NCBI GenBank assembly: GCA_002104905.1
Contig: MCFE01000497.1
Span: forward strand, 1 to 64,000
Length of the DNA stretch: 64,000 nucleotides
DNA from: Basidiobolus meristosporus CBS 931.73
Taxonomy: Eukaryota > Fungi > Basidiobolomycota
Direction: 5' to 3'
Below are positions 35,435 to 49,466 of this stretch, piece by piece (within the stretch, counting starts at the first letter, position 1; each line of letters opens with the position of its first letter). A program made the position numbers and the translations under genes. The notes below the pieces were generated by a model. The model had not been told where the DNA came from. It saw nothing but the letters and a program-made list of their open reading frames with translations, and did no database searches.

Positions 35435-37260
35435 ATCTACCACAGCCTTCACATCCTCCATTGTTGACCAAGTGGTGATCCCACTGACAGACAATGCTGC
35501 AATGTCAAGAGCTCAAAAGACTATCACAATGCCTTCAATGGAATCTTGGAATATTACTAGGCACACCAAGAGGTTGCACCACTTCTTCTAGAGCAATGCT
35601 CAAGAAAACGCACTTGAATATTGCAAGGATTTATTGCAAAGTCTGGCAGATGAGGTGCTAGACCTTGCAGTGCCAGCTAAAGACCAGGATGTATGGGAAC
35701 TAGTGTATGAACAGTGGCATAAAGCCATTGGGTTCCCACTAAAGTTGTTGAACCAGAGTGTTACAGCAGAAATACTGATTGAGTTGTGGAATTTAATGGA
35801 GTTACTTGTTGAGTGTGGGGTTGGGCTTAATGTTAGTGTACAGAATAGGGACTTGTAGAGGTCAATACAATTGGCAATTGAGGTACAACTGAAGTTTCAA
35901 TGGAAATAAATCAATTTGTACACATGAAATGTAAGAGAAACGGTTGAGTCAAAAAGTCAGGAATGTGAAAATGAGGCAATAGCCAATCAATACACACAAG
36001 TGTAGGAGGTTACAGAGTGTCTAGGATCAGAAAGTGAGAAAATTGACAGAGAACCAATCAAAAGCCACATTTCTATTGTTGTGATTAAAAATTTTGACCA
36101 AGTTTTTTGTGAAATATGGGGTGCAATTATTTTTTAATGGTCTTTGCACAGTGTCTTAATGGGATCAATACTTCTTATTCACAGGACTTGGAACTTGTGA
36201 CAGCCTTTTGATGGGATTATCACAATGAATTTTTGTGTGGTACATAGGAGCTCTTGATTAGTCCTCTGCCATTCCACTCACTTTCTAATCCTGGACACTC
36301 AATTGCCTCTTACATTTGCATACATCAATTGGCTGTTACCTCTGTGTCACACTCCTTCATTCCTGACTCTACCAATTCTCTTACTTTTGTGCATACAAGT
36401 TGATTTGTTTCTGTTGAAACTTCAGTTGTACCTCATTTGCCAATTGTATTAACCTACACAGGTCTCTATGCCTGATACTAGCATTAAGCCCACCCTAACA
36501 CAGAACAATAAACTGCATTAAAATGCACCATTCAATCAGTGTTGCTGCTGTAACATTCTTTTTTCAAGACTTTGGCAGGGACTCTGGCAGACAGTTTGAC
36601 ACCCAACAACTCTACAGCTTTATGCCACTCTCTGTTCAGGTCTTCAATAAGTATTTCTGCTGTAACACTCTGGTTTCACAACTTTGGCATGGACCCAATG
36701 GCTTTATGCCACTGTTTGCTTACTAGTTCCCACATGTCCTGGCCTTCAGCCAGCATTGCAAGGTCTAGCACCTCATCTGCAAGTCTTTGTAATAGATCCA
36801 TGCAATAATCAAGTGCGTTTTGACAAGTGCTACTCTTGAAGAAGTGCTGCCACCTCTTGGTGTGCCTACCAATGTTCCAAAATTCCACTCAAGGCATTAT
36901 CATTGTCTTTTGAGTTCTTGATGCAGTTGCTTTGCTGGTCAGTGGGTTCTCCATTCTGTCTACAATGGAGGACACACAGGCTATGGTAGACAAATTGCTT
37001 TTCTCTGTGAGCTAATCTACCTTGCTGAGCTGTAGCTCAACTTCCTGCACTTCCAACTCTTGTGAAATCAGCTTGGGCCTTGTTGATAGTGCTTCTTGGC
37101 AATGATGAGATTCAGCCTGCTCTGGGCAGATTGTGCAATTGTTAAGAACTACAGCTTTCTACTCATGCTTGCCTCTCTCAGGGGTGGCTAGACCTTTTTC
37201 TCTTTACATAGATCTTTTTCACTGCCAAGTCCTTCACTGCTACTTTCACTGAGTGCTTCC
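35435..37260. mobile_element. Two further CMC accessory-gene/left-arm fragments in opposite orientations
   Basis: 35435-36240 matches the accessory-gene 3' end and left arm (LADEVLDLAVPA..EQWHKAIG). 36240-37260 is the same region in reverse, with a ~100-bp local duplication at 36520-36700. Confidence 0.8.
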
Positions 37261-37266
37261 TATACT

Positions 37267-39003
37267 ACACCTGTTCCATTGAGCTGTGCCAGGGCATATG
37301 GTGTATTCCTAGGTTGCCAAGAACATTCAGGTACAATGCTTTAGCTAAACATAGGCAGGATGTCTCTTGGACAATTTTGCACTATGTGGGACAATCTTGC
37401 ATAAAATGACACAGTCTGACACAATGAGGTTGGCCTAGATGATTGTGCAAATTATAATGTTTGAATCATGTGCAAAATTGGATACCACTATTATTGCAGG
37501 TTAAGTCTGGTGTTTGGATATGTTTCCTAATGCAAATGGAATACATGCCTATCACACTATAAACCATACAAGTATTTGCCATTTTGCTTATCATCACTCC
37601 AATTGGATGGTATGCATGTGAGGTTTTTTCTCACAAGGATTGCTACCAAAGCATTTGATAGTGATTCTCTTTGCACACCTGCACTACTTTCCTGTTGACT
37701 CTTATCTTAGCTACTTGTGCTCTTGCAGTTGGTATATTGCCTTCTAGTTGATGAGTGCAGTGTCAGAGCTTGGCTGTGCTGAATTGCTTCATATGATGTT
37801 ACCAAACTGGCCTGAAGTGCCATGTGCTGATGCATTCTTCTACTTGCCAAAGGCTCCTGTGCTGGAAGCACATTTGGAGGGACATTTTCAGTTAGTTCAC
37901 CAGTAGTAACTTGCTGATGGACAGGTGTAACATCATGTGCAGAAGCAACTTGGTGCATTGGCACAACACTTGGCTGAGTTCAATGTATTGCCACTTGTTG
38001 ATGCAACTTGGCCTGCTCTAATGAACTTGTGTCTGATTAAGCAGTTTGCAAGTTCTGGTAATTTTACTCTGAACCAAGCACATTGGCCCAGCATGCATTG
38101 ACCTGGTGCATGGCAATCTTATGAAAGCAGCTGGCATAGACTGGACTAACATGTGCAATGGATAGAAAGGAATTCAACAAGGTGTGCTAGCACAATCCAG
38201 ACTTAGTTGCATGCCATTGATATTCTTCCTATCAAAGCTCACCCTCTAGTTCCTCAAAGTATCATTCACCCTCTGACAGATACTTTGGAATTGTTGCCTT
38301 GATGAGTCCTGCATATATTGCTCTTGGAAGCCACTTAGCTTTACTAGTATATTACCAAGTACATTAGCCATATTAGACAAAAAATCATAAAAATCTCTTT
38401 AGTGCCCAAGTTTGAGGCATGTAGAGATGCAATGATCTGTACTGTGCAAATTGAATGTGGAATTGCTCAGGCACAGCCTTCTCATCATGTCCCCTTACTA
38501 TCAGCTCATTCTTGATTACAATATATGTCCTGTTATATACCTTCTTGCATACATCCACTGGCATCTTGATGTTGAACTCATGCCATTGCTTCCTACTCAA
38601 GTTCTTCCATCTCTGTCAACTCTGTGAGGTATCCTGTTCTACTAGATTAATGAGTAGTGCCCAGATATATATATGAAGGCTTACCATGGAGACTTGGGTC
38701 AGACTGAAATTATTTGGCCAGAACTCAAATTGATCTAACACTCTCTTCCCCAGTCCAGACTGTGCTAGAGAGCTGGCCAATGGGTTTTATATGGGTTGTA
38801 CTAAAGTTGAGTTGAGGCCTTGTATAGGGACCATAGTGATGTATTTGGATACTTTTACAGTGGTTTAATGGTATCAACCTGGTGTTATATCAAATGTATG
38901 TGAAAGCTAATGTGATTGTTGAGTATTTCAAATATTATACCTGATGCATCTTGGATTGCATTGGAATGGATCAGATCATATCAGTTACAGATTTCCTATT
39001 TGA
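37267..39003 (-). mobile_element. Old truncated copy of the PHIS (PIF/Harbinger-group) element: right end, partner ORF and promoter, no transposase
   Basis: Starts act|acacctgttccatt (degenerate TIR). Frames 37707-37964 and 38385-38600 match the 49467-50714 protein. 38690-39003 is colinear with 49300-49640. Confidence 0.82.
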
Positions 39004-41849
39004 CTGTAACAGTGTTTGGCCAATTCTACTGCCAAATAAAGTTAAAAACATGATGGTGTTTGGTCAGAATCTTACCAGAAGTTGCATGGTATTGTTGCAG
39101 TCTTGGTGTGCTCTACAACTATTTAAGTGGATCCAACTGGCCAGCACACCTAACTGCCTTATGTAGCAAAAACTTGATGGTATTTAGATGACTTCATTGC
39201 AAGCCTCTAATAGTATTATCATTGCAGTATGGTGGCCTATAGCTAGTTCTTTATAATGCTACCATAACAATTTATCAAATGGTTTTTCCTTTCTCTACCT
39301 CCCCTTGGGCAAATCACATATTCCACTTTAGAATCACCCCTATTTATTTGCTTACCTACTACTACTTTGAGTATTTTACTTAAAGTTTGAATAAAAAAAA
39401 ACTATGACTTTCTGTTTACTGACCTCTACAAACTTGCACACCCAAAGCAACTGACATTCTTCTATTACCTCAACTATACAAACTTGTTGTATGATACTTG
39501 TAAAGTTGCCATATAACTTGTATTACAGGTAACATATACATCTTGCAAACCAATGCTTGGTTGCCACCACTTCTGCCATGAATAACTCCTGAATATCCAC
39601 AAAGAACTTCTTGGTATTTGGCCTTTATACTCTTTCTTCCTGTTGGACTCTAGTCCCACTTACAGGTATGTTCTGGCTCTTGTTGTGTGAATTTAATATT
39701 GAATAATGTCAAAATTGGCTTAGGGCCAAGAGAAACCTGGCATACTCTGGTAGAGTTTTCCTAGAAGAATTCATTGCTTGTTGTACCCAACCAGTTTTGC
39801 ATTGCTTAACTGATGACATGTACATATTGATTGCTTAGCTTTTCAATGCCATAGGCATAGGTGTCTCCAGGTGCACAACTGTCCTCAGTATTGTGCAACT
39901 CTTCTGGGCTGTCCTCCATGCGCCAACTCATCATATCCATAACAGACTTGAAGGTAATATTCCTGATGAGATTGGGATATGGTAGTACCTGTAACTTGTC
40001 TTCCTACCTCCCTGCACATCTGCTCCATGGGAAACTCCTAATAGGTGAAGCAAGGCTCAATATTCTCCACCAACCAAGTATGATGTCATAGAGAATGAGT
40101 ACAGTATTTGCATAGAATGATGCATTCAGCCTATGTTTGTAATATAGCTGCTCAAATCCTGTCAGAAACTGCTTGCACAAAACCTGTTGATGCATCAGGT
40201 TTGCATTGACAATCTACTTCTGGATAAATATTCCTACAGTGTCCACATATAACTCCCAATGCTTCTAATGTACTCTTGGTAGAAATGGCTTCAGAAGGCC
40301 ACATAATAAATACTTATCCAGTTCATCTAGTCCTTGTGCTTGTATGGTTGTATATGCATATGAATATTGATTGGAACCTGTGAGAAGTATCTAGGTTAGC
40401 AGGTACTCTGAAATAGCTTGCCAATGGCTTATAGCTTGCCACCTTTACTGCAATTGCATGCTGACTCCTGTTGTTCTCTTTGTAGAAAGATGATATTCTT
40501 AGTGTTGGTGTCTGGGTGATAATAATGTATGAGAGTTATGGAGTAAGTCCCCTGAATCTCACAAATTTGACAGCAATACTGTTGATTGTGCCCAGATATA
40601 CTGGCTATCTTGCTGTTAGAAGGGGTATCTCCAATGCAGTTGATATTATACGCCTTGACATGACAGTCTTTTACTGTTATCCTGCTGGAAAGCATACAAA
40701 ATTCTGCAAATGGTGGATACAGGTAGCTATCCAGGTTAAGTGGTAATTTGGCTCAGATTCCAGTGATACTACCATCAGATTTCTGCTCTGATACCTTAAG
40801 AGAGGCGGCAGATTCATGCAGATGAGAATCAGTGGCCAGTAGGAATAGCTAATAGAGTACTGATATAATGAGAATCCATCAAGTGCCAAGGCAAAAGAAT
40901 AGTCATAAATACCTTCAAAGTAGCCCTTGCTTCTCAGCTGCCTGTCATATTTGCCATCAAATATATTGGATATGTTTACACTTGATTGATACTGAGTGTG
41001 GTACTTTATGGCCTCAAAATATTTTTTGAATTGCATGAGCTTCTATAGATGGGGTATTCCTGGAATATATGCAGAGTGTGAATAATGTTTTCTCCCAGTA
41101 GGGCTGGATTTCTGGCAAGTTGAACACTTTACAGTGGTGGTATCTCTCACTGCATAATGAGATTTTGCTGGGCCCATATAGAATACTGCTGTTAGGAAAA
41201 AGAGGCTCACAATCCATCAGTGAGACTGCTTCTTCAGACCTATCACTCTGTGTGCCATATTCAGAGGGCTAGGGCAAGCCTAAAGGTGTCACATACTCAC
41301 CTGACTCAGTTTGTGCAAGGTGACAAGTATGGCCAGGTGCTGTTATGGAAGTATCAAGTTGGTGGCAAGATATTGTTTGTATAGTGTTGCCTGATGAATG
41401 GTCAAATATGACCTGTTTGACAAAACACTGGCCATGAACCTTGTAATACTTCCTCTGCTGTCTGCATGCTTCATGGCTGAGAAGCTTGCTAAGATAGCCA
41501 CATGGTCTTTTTTCTCTTCTCATATAGTGGTGAATCAAAGTAGTCTTGTCCATGGGGCATATAGTTTGGCAATCAACAACAGAACACTATTATATCAATT
41601 GCTTGTCAATACTTATGTTAATTTAAGACAGTTTTATACTCAAGACATTGCAACTACATGAATGTAAGATTCAATGATGACCTGTCATAGTAAGCATTAT
41701 AACTAAAGTTGTGACACCACATGCACATGAAAATGTAACTCCATTTCCCCTTTGATTTGACTCATTTCCATATATATGCCACCAAAAATTAAAGCAAAGT
41801 TGCCTGGTTTGCTACCAAACCTCACTGCTGCCAACAGCAGAACCTGTGT

Positions 41850-42260
41850 CAAATAACTAAGCCATGTCACCATCCCTACCATTTTCATAGTTTGCTCTTG
41901 TATAGGCAAAGATACTTTTATATCTTTGTAATTGTTGGCAACAGCTACATTCTTCCCAAGTCATTGCTGATAGAGTTGAAAGTTGTTCTGACTTTGGAAG
42001 CTTTGGTATGTTGTCATTGCAAAGAATGCTGAACCCAGCACATAATTGTGTGATGACTCCAACTAAGTTGGGGACTGTAGCTCAATAGTTTTCCTTTGAC
42101 AAGCTTCTGGCTCTATTCCCCTTCACATTAGTGCAGACACAGAACCCAAGTATTCCTAGCAAGCTTAAGCCAGACATTATGGCATCCAATGGACACTGTG
42201 CACACAAAATACTTGAGAAGTATTGGATCTAGCTCTCACTTGGACTTATTAATCATCACA
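41850..42260 (+). mobile_element. Deleted fragment of the 1071-bp LTR family
   Basis: Matches 28480-28510 and 29990-30367, ends catcaca followed by gtgg (decayed GCGG) in the CMC accessory gene. Confidence 0.75.
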
Positions 42261-43386
42261 GTGGGGCTACAACTAAAGAAGGTCCTGTTGACTGTGTGCC
42301 CAATGGAGTTAATAATGCAGACTCCTCTGGCTCTTAGTCAAGTAAGCAATAGGAAATCTCTGCACAGCCTCAAGCTGACCATAATGCTGAGGCAGATCAA
42401 AATGTAGCAAAAACAGTACCTTCTGCTGAAGACCAGCAAGTGTCCATCCTAACAACACCACCAGTATTTGCAAGTAAGTTGCCAGCTCATTTAAAAGTAT
42501 TAATGAGGTTTTTTAGTGTAGTTGCAGATAAGATAAATGCAATGGTCCACAGAATGCTGGAAATAGTCCAGGAACAGAATGAGCAGATGATATGCGTAGA
42601 GCAATTGATATCAAATAGAGAATGCAGTATCTTTGCTGCAATGAGGGAGCACAAGTAGCTCAATGTCCCAGCAAACACTTGAGCCACTTCCTGATGTAAC
42701 AGCAGAGGAACACTCTAAAGTCTTTGAAGCACAAGAGCAGTCCCCAAAGCCTAAGCCCACAGAAAGGCCTAATACAGCATAAGAGGGAGATTCTGTGATT
42801 TTCAGATCCTATCTAAAAAATCAAATAACATTAAACATCTGTGAAACTATTTGGCACAAGGATGAAGAGCAGGCTATTTGGCAAGAGGCTGTTTGAGAGC
42901 TAGTATGGCATCACCTTAAGGTTGGCATACCCTGAGACCATCAGAAACTCAAGGCCAAGAAGAATGAGTTTGACCTGTTCCAATAGCATTATCCTGGATT
43001 CAAGTAAGCAACAGATCATAGGCCAACATTTGCATGCTAAGAAAGTATATCATGAATGGTAAAAGCTATCAAAGACAAAGTACAAGGGTGCCACCCCTAA
43101 ACTAGAAGCTTCCTTAAGAGCTGGTCAAAAGCAAGGCTGAAGGCTACAACTAAGCAGCAGAGAAGTGACCGGTAGCCAGAAGAGTGCCAGTAAGGGAAAG
43201 GCGGGCAGAAAGAGATGCATTAGTGCAGTGTTTATCACGGAAACGGTGTGGCTCAATACAACAAGCACTCAGTGACAGCAGCAGCAAAGGAATTGACAGT
43301 AATAAATACATGCTGCTTCCTCAAAAGTGCATTACAGCCACCACTGAAAGCGTGAAACAAGTTTGAAAGAAATGTCCTGTTGCTGG

Positions 43387-43848
43387 TGTAGTGGTGTATT
43401 AGCCCACAAAAGAGATATGGGCTACACTTCCCACATGTTTTGTGTATGTGGTGTTAACTGAGTGTGATAACCTCTAGGTAAAGTTTACTAGTAATCCTTT
43501 GAGTTTTGTTTCTGATGTAATGTGTAAGGGAATACTATTTTGCTATAGTTCCCAAACTAATTGCTGTCTCAACAAAAGTATGTGCTAGGTTCAGCATCCT
43601 TTGGGATGGCAATTTAATAAAGCTTCCAATGTCAAAACAACTGCAAACTCTATCAGCAGGGATATGATATGAATGCTGCTATGTTCAAGAGTTACAAAGA
43701 CAGGTGCCAGAGTTTGCCAACTTCTGGGATGGTACTGATTAGGCAAAACAAATGGGATAAATCTGCAAGAAGGTTAGTAGAAAACTGGAAAGTAGGCAAT
43801 AAAGGAATGAGCACATCTTTCAGTGGGTGTCACTGAGACTCCACTGCA
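43387..43848 (-). mobile_element. Internally deleted solo LTR of the 1071-bp family
   Basis: TGTAGTGGTG...CCACTGCA ends. Flanks ctgg (43383-43386) and ccag (43849-43852) both derive from CCGG by CpG decay. Confidence 0.8.
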
Positions 43849-44149
43849 CCAGAAGAGTGCCAGTAAAGAACAATAAGGCAGTGATGAATGCACCAGCACA
43901 GCATTTATCAGGCAGAAATCATGGTTCAGTAAAAAAGTGCTCAGACAAAGTAGCAGTGACAGACCTGGCAGAAATAAAGGACTAGGGAAAGCAAGAAGAG
44001 TCTACCCAAGACAGATACAGGGATGCATAATAGAAAAGCTGCAGTTCTTGCCAATCAACACCATTGGCCTGAATTAGGCTGAATCCCATTATGGTCATGA
44101 AGAGTTACCAACAAGATAAAAGGTGTTTTCTCAAAAGTTGAAGATTTTA

Positions 44150-47100
44150 TTATATACTGCTTGAATGTTTAACTTAGGTCAGTTTTTAGTTAAATCAATT
44201 AGCAATATGCTTAGCCTATCAGTATACCATTATTAATTATCAGATCAGTAATACTGTGCAGCAGATGAATCAGTAATACCTTATCAGAGAGAAATAGTGA
44301 TATTGAGTAAGATCTATTTGGGTTATGATTGTTATGATCTACTGCTTGAATGTTTAAGTTAGATCAGCTTTTAGTCAAATCAATTAGTTATATGCTAGCT
44401 TAGCAGTATATCAGTATTATCTAACAGATCCATAGCATTAGTCAGCAAATGAATTAGCAGATCCTTATATGACAGAAATAGATGTATTTAGTAGGATCTT
44501 ATTGGGTGATGATGATGCAATCAAATGAGTCATCAGCCACAGCCTACATTAGGAAATACAAGTAGTCAGCAATTGCTCTAGTAAAGTGATTATAAGGAGC
44601 AGCTGGAACCTCAATAAAAATTAGATCAAGGTTTAGTGAATATAATACTAGCTAAACTCCCTCTTTCTCTACAACTCTTATACCAAGGCTTGTAACGTGA
44701 TGATGCAATCAAATGAGTCAGCAGCCACAAGTGACATTAGGATAAACAATTAGTCAGCAATAGATCTTATGAGATATATATAAGGAGCTAAGAGTTGTAA
44801 AGTCAATGGAAACCTGGGAACTTGACTCTTATAACTTGTGAAAGCTTAAAGGGTAAGGGAATTGGCCCAGAGAGCAAGATGCATTATGCTGCTTCTACTT
44901 GGCATATGCAGCTTTACATTGGCAACACAGCATGATTAGGTTTGCCGCTAGGATGATATTCTCTACTGCCTCCACTTAAGGTAAGGTTGCAGTGGGAATT
45001 CAGGATGCTTTTAAGCCTCCACACTAGCAGACACCACCAAGGAGGAAGCTGAGGTCACTCAGTCAAAAAGGAATGGTCTGAAAATACATATATGAGTGAA
45101 GATGTCTACTTGGACAAACTCAAAGAATGGCTTCCATTGATGAGGCTGAATACTTTACTGATGAGTGAAAGAAAGAACTTGCAAGGAAATGAATAATTGA
45201 GGATCTCAGTCTATTGAAGAAGCCATCCAGATTGCCATAGACTATGACTCAGATATGTTTGGAGGCTTAAAGTGAATGATCAGCCAAGCTACTATCACTT
45301 TGAAAGAAGACACTCCGGAGCTGTGCCAAAGGAAACAGATGCTATGAAGAAGACTCCCACCCCACAAGAATGTAAGAAGAATGACTTTGTTTTAGTTGCT
45401 ACCTGTGTGGGTATATCTCAAAATACTGTCCTCAGTAGAAATGGACACTAGTCAACAAAAACCTTCAATCACATTGAAGCCCTTGAGCATAGTAGTATGG
45501 AGGATGAACTTGAAGAAGACTTGAAACTCACCCTCCATATGACAGAAGAATACTTATCCCAAATGGCCTCAAGCTCCAAGAAATTATTATACCTGAATTA
45601 ATTATTCAATGGAGTACCCACCAAGATTATGATTGACTCATGAACATCATATCAGTCAATGTTGAAGCAGTTTGCCTTTGAAGCTGGAATCAACTTGGAA
45701 TCTACCATATCCACTTGAGTCTCAATAGCTGATGGTAACTTTTACATAATCAACCAAATTACTCAGAGAGCAAGAATGAAGATCAATGAGTATAATGAAA
45801 ACCTACATGCCTATATATTTGGATGCTGCAAGTTTGACTGTGTGCTTGAAAAGACCTGGCTATTTGGCTGTAATCCATCAATCCACTGGCAAACTTATGC
45901 TACTCAGATCCTAAAGAGCATCAAGACTTTTGAGCTATTACCTGCCAAGATGAGTTTCAACTTGGTCAATTCCAGTGTTGGTGATACTAGTGAACTTAGC
46001 ATGGACAATTTTGTAGAGCACTAACAAAAGGTACCAAGATGCTTCCCATGGCTATATTCAGTTAGGACACTAGAACCCTTAGCAGAGTAAAATTGGACAA
46101 GTGTTAAATGTTTATGCACAACAATTTTTCCAAATAAAAGTTGTGTGCTGGTTGTGTACAATAAAAATTAATTACTTGTTGTGCTCAATGTAATTAGTTG
46201 CTTATTGCATCCAGCTTAGCCATTTATCACTTAGCTGATACACACACACTTGGGCTACTTAGCTTCTTAGTGTCCAAGGCATAGGTGTTTCTATGTGCAC
46301 ATTTGCCCACAGTGTAATGCAACTCTTCCTGGCTGACATGCATGTGCCAACTCATTACAACCATAATAGATTTAGATATAATATTCTTGTTGAGATTGGG
46401 ATATGGTGGTACCTTGAACCGGCCTTGACTTCCTATCTCCCCCACATCTGCTCAATAGGAAACTTCCATCAGGCATTGTAAGGCCTAACAATCTCAACAG
46501 AGCAACCAAAATGGAGTAATGAGTGAACATAAGAGCAGCATAGGAGATACTTGTCAATATACACTGCATGAAAACATGGAGATGCTATGGTGAAGGAATC
46601 AAGTGTACTGTGAAGACTGATCAAACCTCACTCAGGTATATATTTTTCCAAAGGTACTTTCCAGAATAATGTCAGGATTGAGTGAACGCATTGAACAATC
46701 TCACTTGAAGATTGTTTACCGCGCTGGGAAAAGTAAAATGGTTGCTTAGACCTGATCAAGACTAGAACAAGTAGCACAACTCAACCTGGTGTGTTACAAG
46801 TCTTGGTGTAAGAGTTGTAGAGGAATAGGGAGTTTGGCTGGTATTGTATTCACTAAAACTTGAACTGATCTTTATTGAGGTTCCAGCAGCTACTTATATT
46901 CACTTTTTCCAGATGAATTGCTGACTAATTGTATTTCCTAATGCAGATTATGGCTGATGACTCATTTGATTGCAACATCATCACCCAACATGGTTCTACT
47001 TGACTAAAAGCTAATGTAACTTAAGCATTTAAGCGGAAGATCAAAACACTTGTACAAACTGGGTTCAGTGAGCTTATGATTCCATTAATACTTGGTCAAC

Positions 47101-47405
47101 ATTTTTCTACATAATCCATTAGAGCTGTGTCTTGCTAAGCTCACTGGTTTTAGATGCACTGGAATTGACCAAGTTGAAATCTGGTCTCACGGGTAATAGC
47201 TCATAGGTCTTGTTACCTTCTGGATCTGAGCAGCATGGGTTCTCAAGTTAATTGACAAATCAAAACAAAATAGCCACATTTCTAAAAGTACAAGGTCAAA
47301 CTTGCAGTTCCTAAATATATAGGCCTGTAGGTCTACTTCATATCCATTGTTCTTCATCCTACTGGCTGAGTAATATAGTTTATTATGTGAGAGTTGCCAT
47401 CTGCT
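44150..47405. mobile_element. Decayed and rearranged Ty3/Gypsy pieces (LTRs, gag-PR, RH) with a CMC transposase fragment at ~46050-46560
   Basis: Solo LTR 44330-44697 with 4-bp TSD tgat nested in another LTR of the same family. 44810-46050 matches gag-PR of the intact element. LTR 46792-47048 lacks a TSD. 47050-47405 is PR region in reverse. Confidence 0.8.
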
Positions 47406-48223
47406 GTTGAGACTGAAGTTAATATGGTGGTTGCTAATTTTACAACCAAATAAAGGGATAAACTTGACAACATTTATTGGTGCTGTGACAATAATTGTAT
47501 TGTATTGTTGTGGTCTTTTAGCACTCTATAACTATTTCAAGTGGATCTGGTTGGCCAGGACATCCAATTGCCTTATATGGCAAGAAGCTGACAGTATTTG
47601 GACAGCCTCACAGTAAGACACTGATGGCATTTTTTTGGCAGTATGACGGCCTACCACTGGTTCTTTATAATACAACTGTGCCAATTTACCAAATGGTATT
47701 TCCTTTTTCTACCTCCCCTTGTCCAATTCAAATATTCCACTGTAGAATCACCCCTTTTTATTTGCTTACCCACTACTACCTTGGGTATTCCACATATAGT
47801 TTGAATCAAAAAAAACTATGGCCTCCTGCTTACTAACCCCTACAAACATGCACACCTGCTGCAATTGAAATACTTGGATCACCTCAACTTTACGGCTTTT
47901 TAGTGTGATACTTACAAAGTTGCCATATACCTTGCACTGCTGGTAACATACACATCTTGCAAACATATGTTTGGTTGTTGCCACTTCTGCCATGAATACC
48001 TCCTGAATATCCACAAAGAACTTTTTTGTATTTAGCAAATAGACTTGTTCAGTTGGATAGTGCCACATAGTGCCAGCCTGTTTATGGTGCCGGATTGATC
48101 CGGCACTCTACGGCACTATCTGGCACTATAATTTCTACCATGATGCCAGTGGTATGATACAGTTACTGGTAATTTTACTCAATCTTACTTATGTTGCTCA
48201 GAATAGTGCTTTCCTTGCTTTAT

Positions 48224-49107
48224 TTACTCTTCATAATGCTCCAGACACATTTCTCTCAGTGGATGTCTTCTTGTATGAACATACTGTGCATTTATAAGTA
48301 TCTTAACTCTTTTACCTATTCTGCTGTATTCTCCTATATATGACTTTGTCTGTATTTACTTGCCAATATCCTGAATCTCTTCAGATATCCAAATGTGTGC
48401 TCTACCCTCACTCTGAAATGATTAAATATCTCATTGTAGAGCTTCTGCTTCCTGCTAAGCACACCATTTCTTGGCTTCCTATAAGCTGTAATACATCCTA
48501 ATCTCTGACAATCCTCTCCTATATAGGCTAAGTCTGCCATACATTTCTCCCCTCTACTGAATTCAGGATGATTCTCTACCCAGAGTGCTTTGTCATGCCT
48601 ACTTCCAGCAAATGGCCCACTAAACCAGATGATGTTATCCTCAATGTCAGACAGTGCTTGAAACTTCACACAGTGTGCCTTGTACTTGCCAGAATAAAAG
48701 TGCCTCTGCCCTCTAGAAGGTCTGTTAATCCTCACTGGGAAGGTATCCAAAATACTCCTGATACGGAACTTGTTGCTGAACACTCTGGGATATGGAAGTC
48801 TATTGGAGCTTCTGAACATAGTATTCCAAGCTTGCTCTAAGTCATTCATACCCTCTGCAAGGTGGTTCTCCTTTGCTGTCAGCTGGGAATGAAAGCTTCT
48901 AGGACTTTTGTTGCCATGGATGGTGAGATGAAACCTTGTAGAGCAATAGTTCTTGTAATAGCAGAGAAGCTTAACAAGGGATCTCCTTGAGTAGATTGGG
49001 GTTGATGGTCCACAGTACTTGGAATAGATCTCCTCTAGGATGTTAAAAGGAAATTCAGTGGTAGTGATGGGATTGATGAGAAAAGACCATTCAGATGAGT
49101 AAGTCAT
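48224..49107 (-). CDS. DDE_Tnp_4-type (IS5/PIF/Harbinger group) transposase; a 2-bp TA slippage at ~48338 truncates the last ~38 aa
   Basis: Motifs ILDTFPVRINRP, YSGKYKAHCVKFQ, GPFAGSRHD, MADLAY, RVRVEHTFGYLKRF. Removing one TA from agtcatatatag restores ...SHIGEYSRIGKRVKILINAQYVHTRRHPLREMCLEHYEE-stop at 48224. Confidence 0.9.
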
Positions 49108-49466
49108 ATTTAAATTGGGGGATGATTGTATTGAGGCGGTTTGAATTGATTTGGCGCAATCTGTGTTATTTATCTGATTTTTAATACATTATGGTTAAAC
49201 CTCCATCAATTGCCATGTATCCCATCATTATGTTGCAAAAATCATCCGCAAACAATGCCTTGGTACTTTTATTGATGCTTTAATCATAGGTCTATAATCA
49301 AATAGGAAATCTGCAATTGTTGTGATCTGATCCGTGTCAACGCAATCCAAGATGCATCATGCATAATATATGGAAAATTCAACAATCACATTAGTTTTCA
49401 TATATATTTCATATAAGACCAGGTTGATGCCAATATACTGCTGTATAAGTATCCAAATCTGTTGCT

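Larger units (their letters stand above)
39004..44130 (-). mobile_element. CMC transposon copy E (right arm, transposase 39660-41553 on minus, accessory gene on plus) with two LTR insertions
   Basis: MDKTTLIHH..RPCGY..ACRQQRKYYK start at 41553 and transposase fragments. Accessory gene starts ~41776 (atgccacca). Confidence 0.82.
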
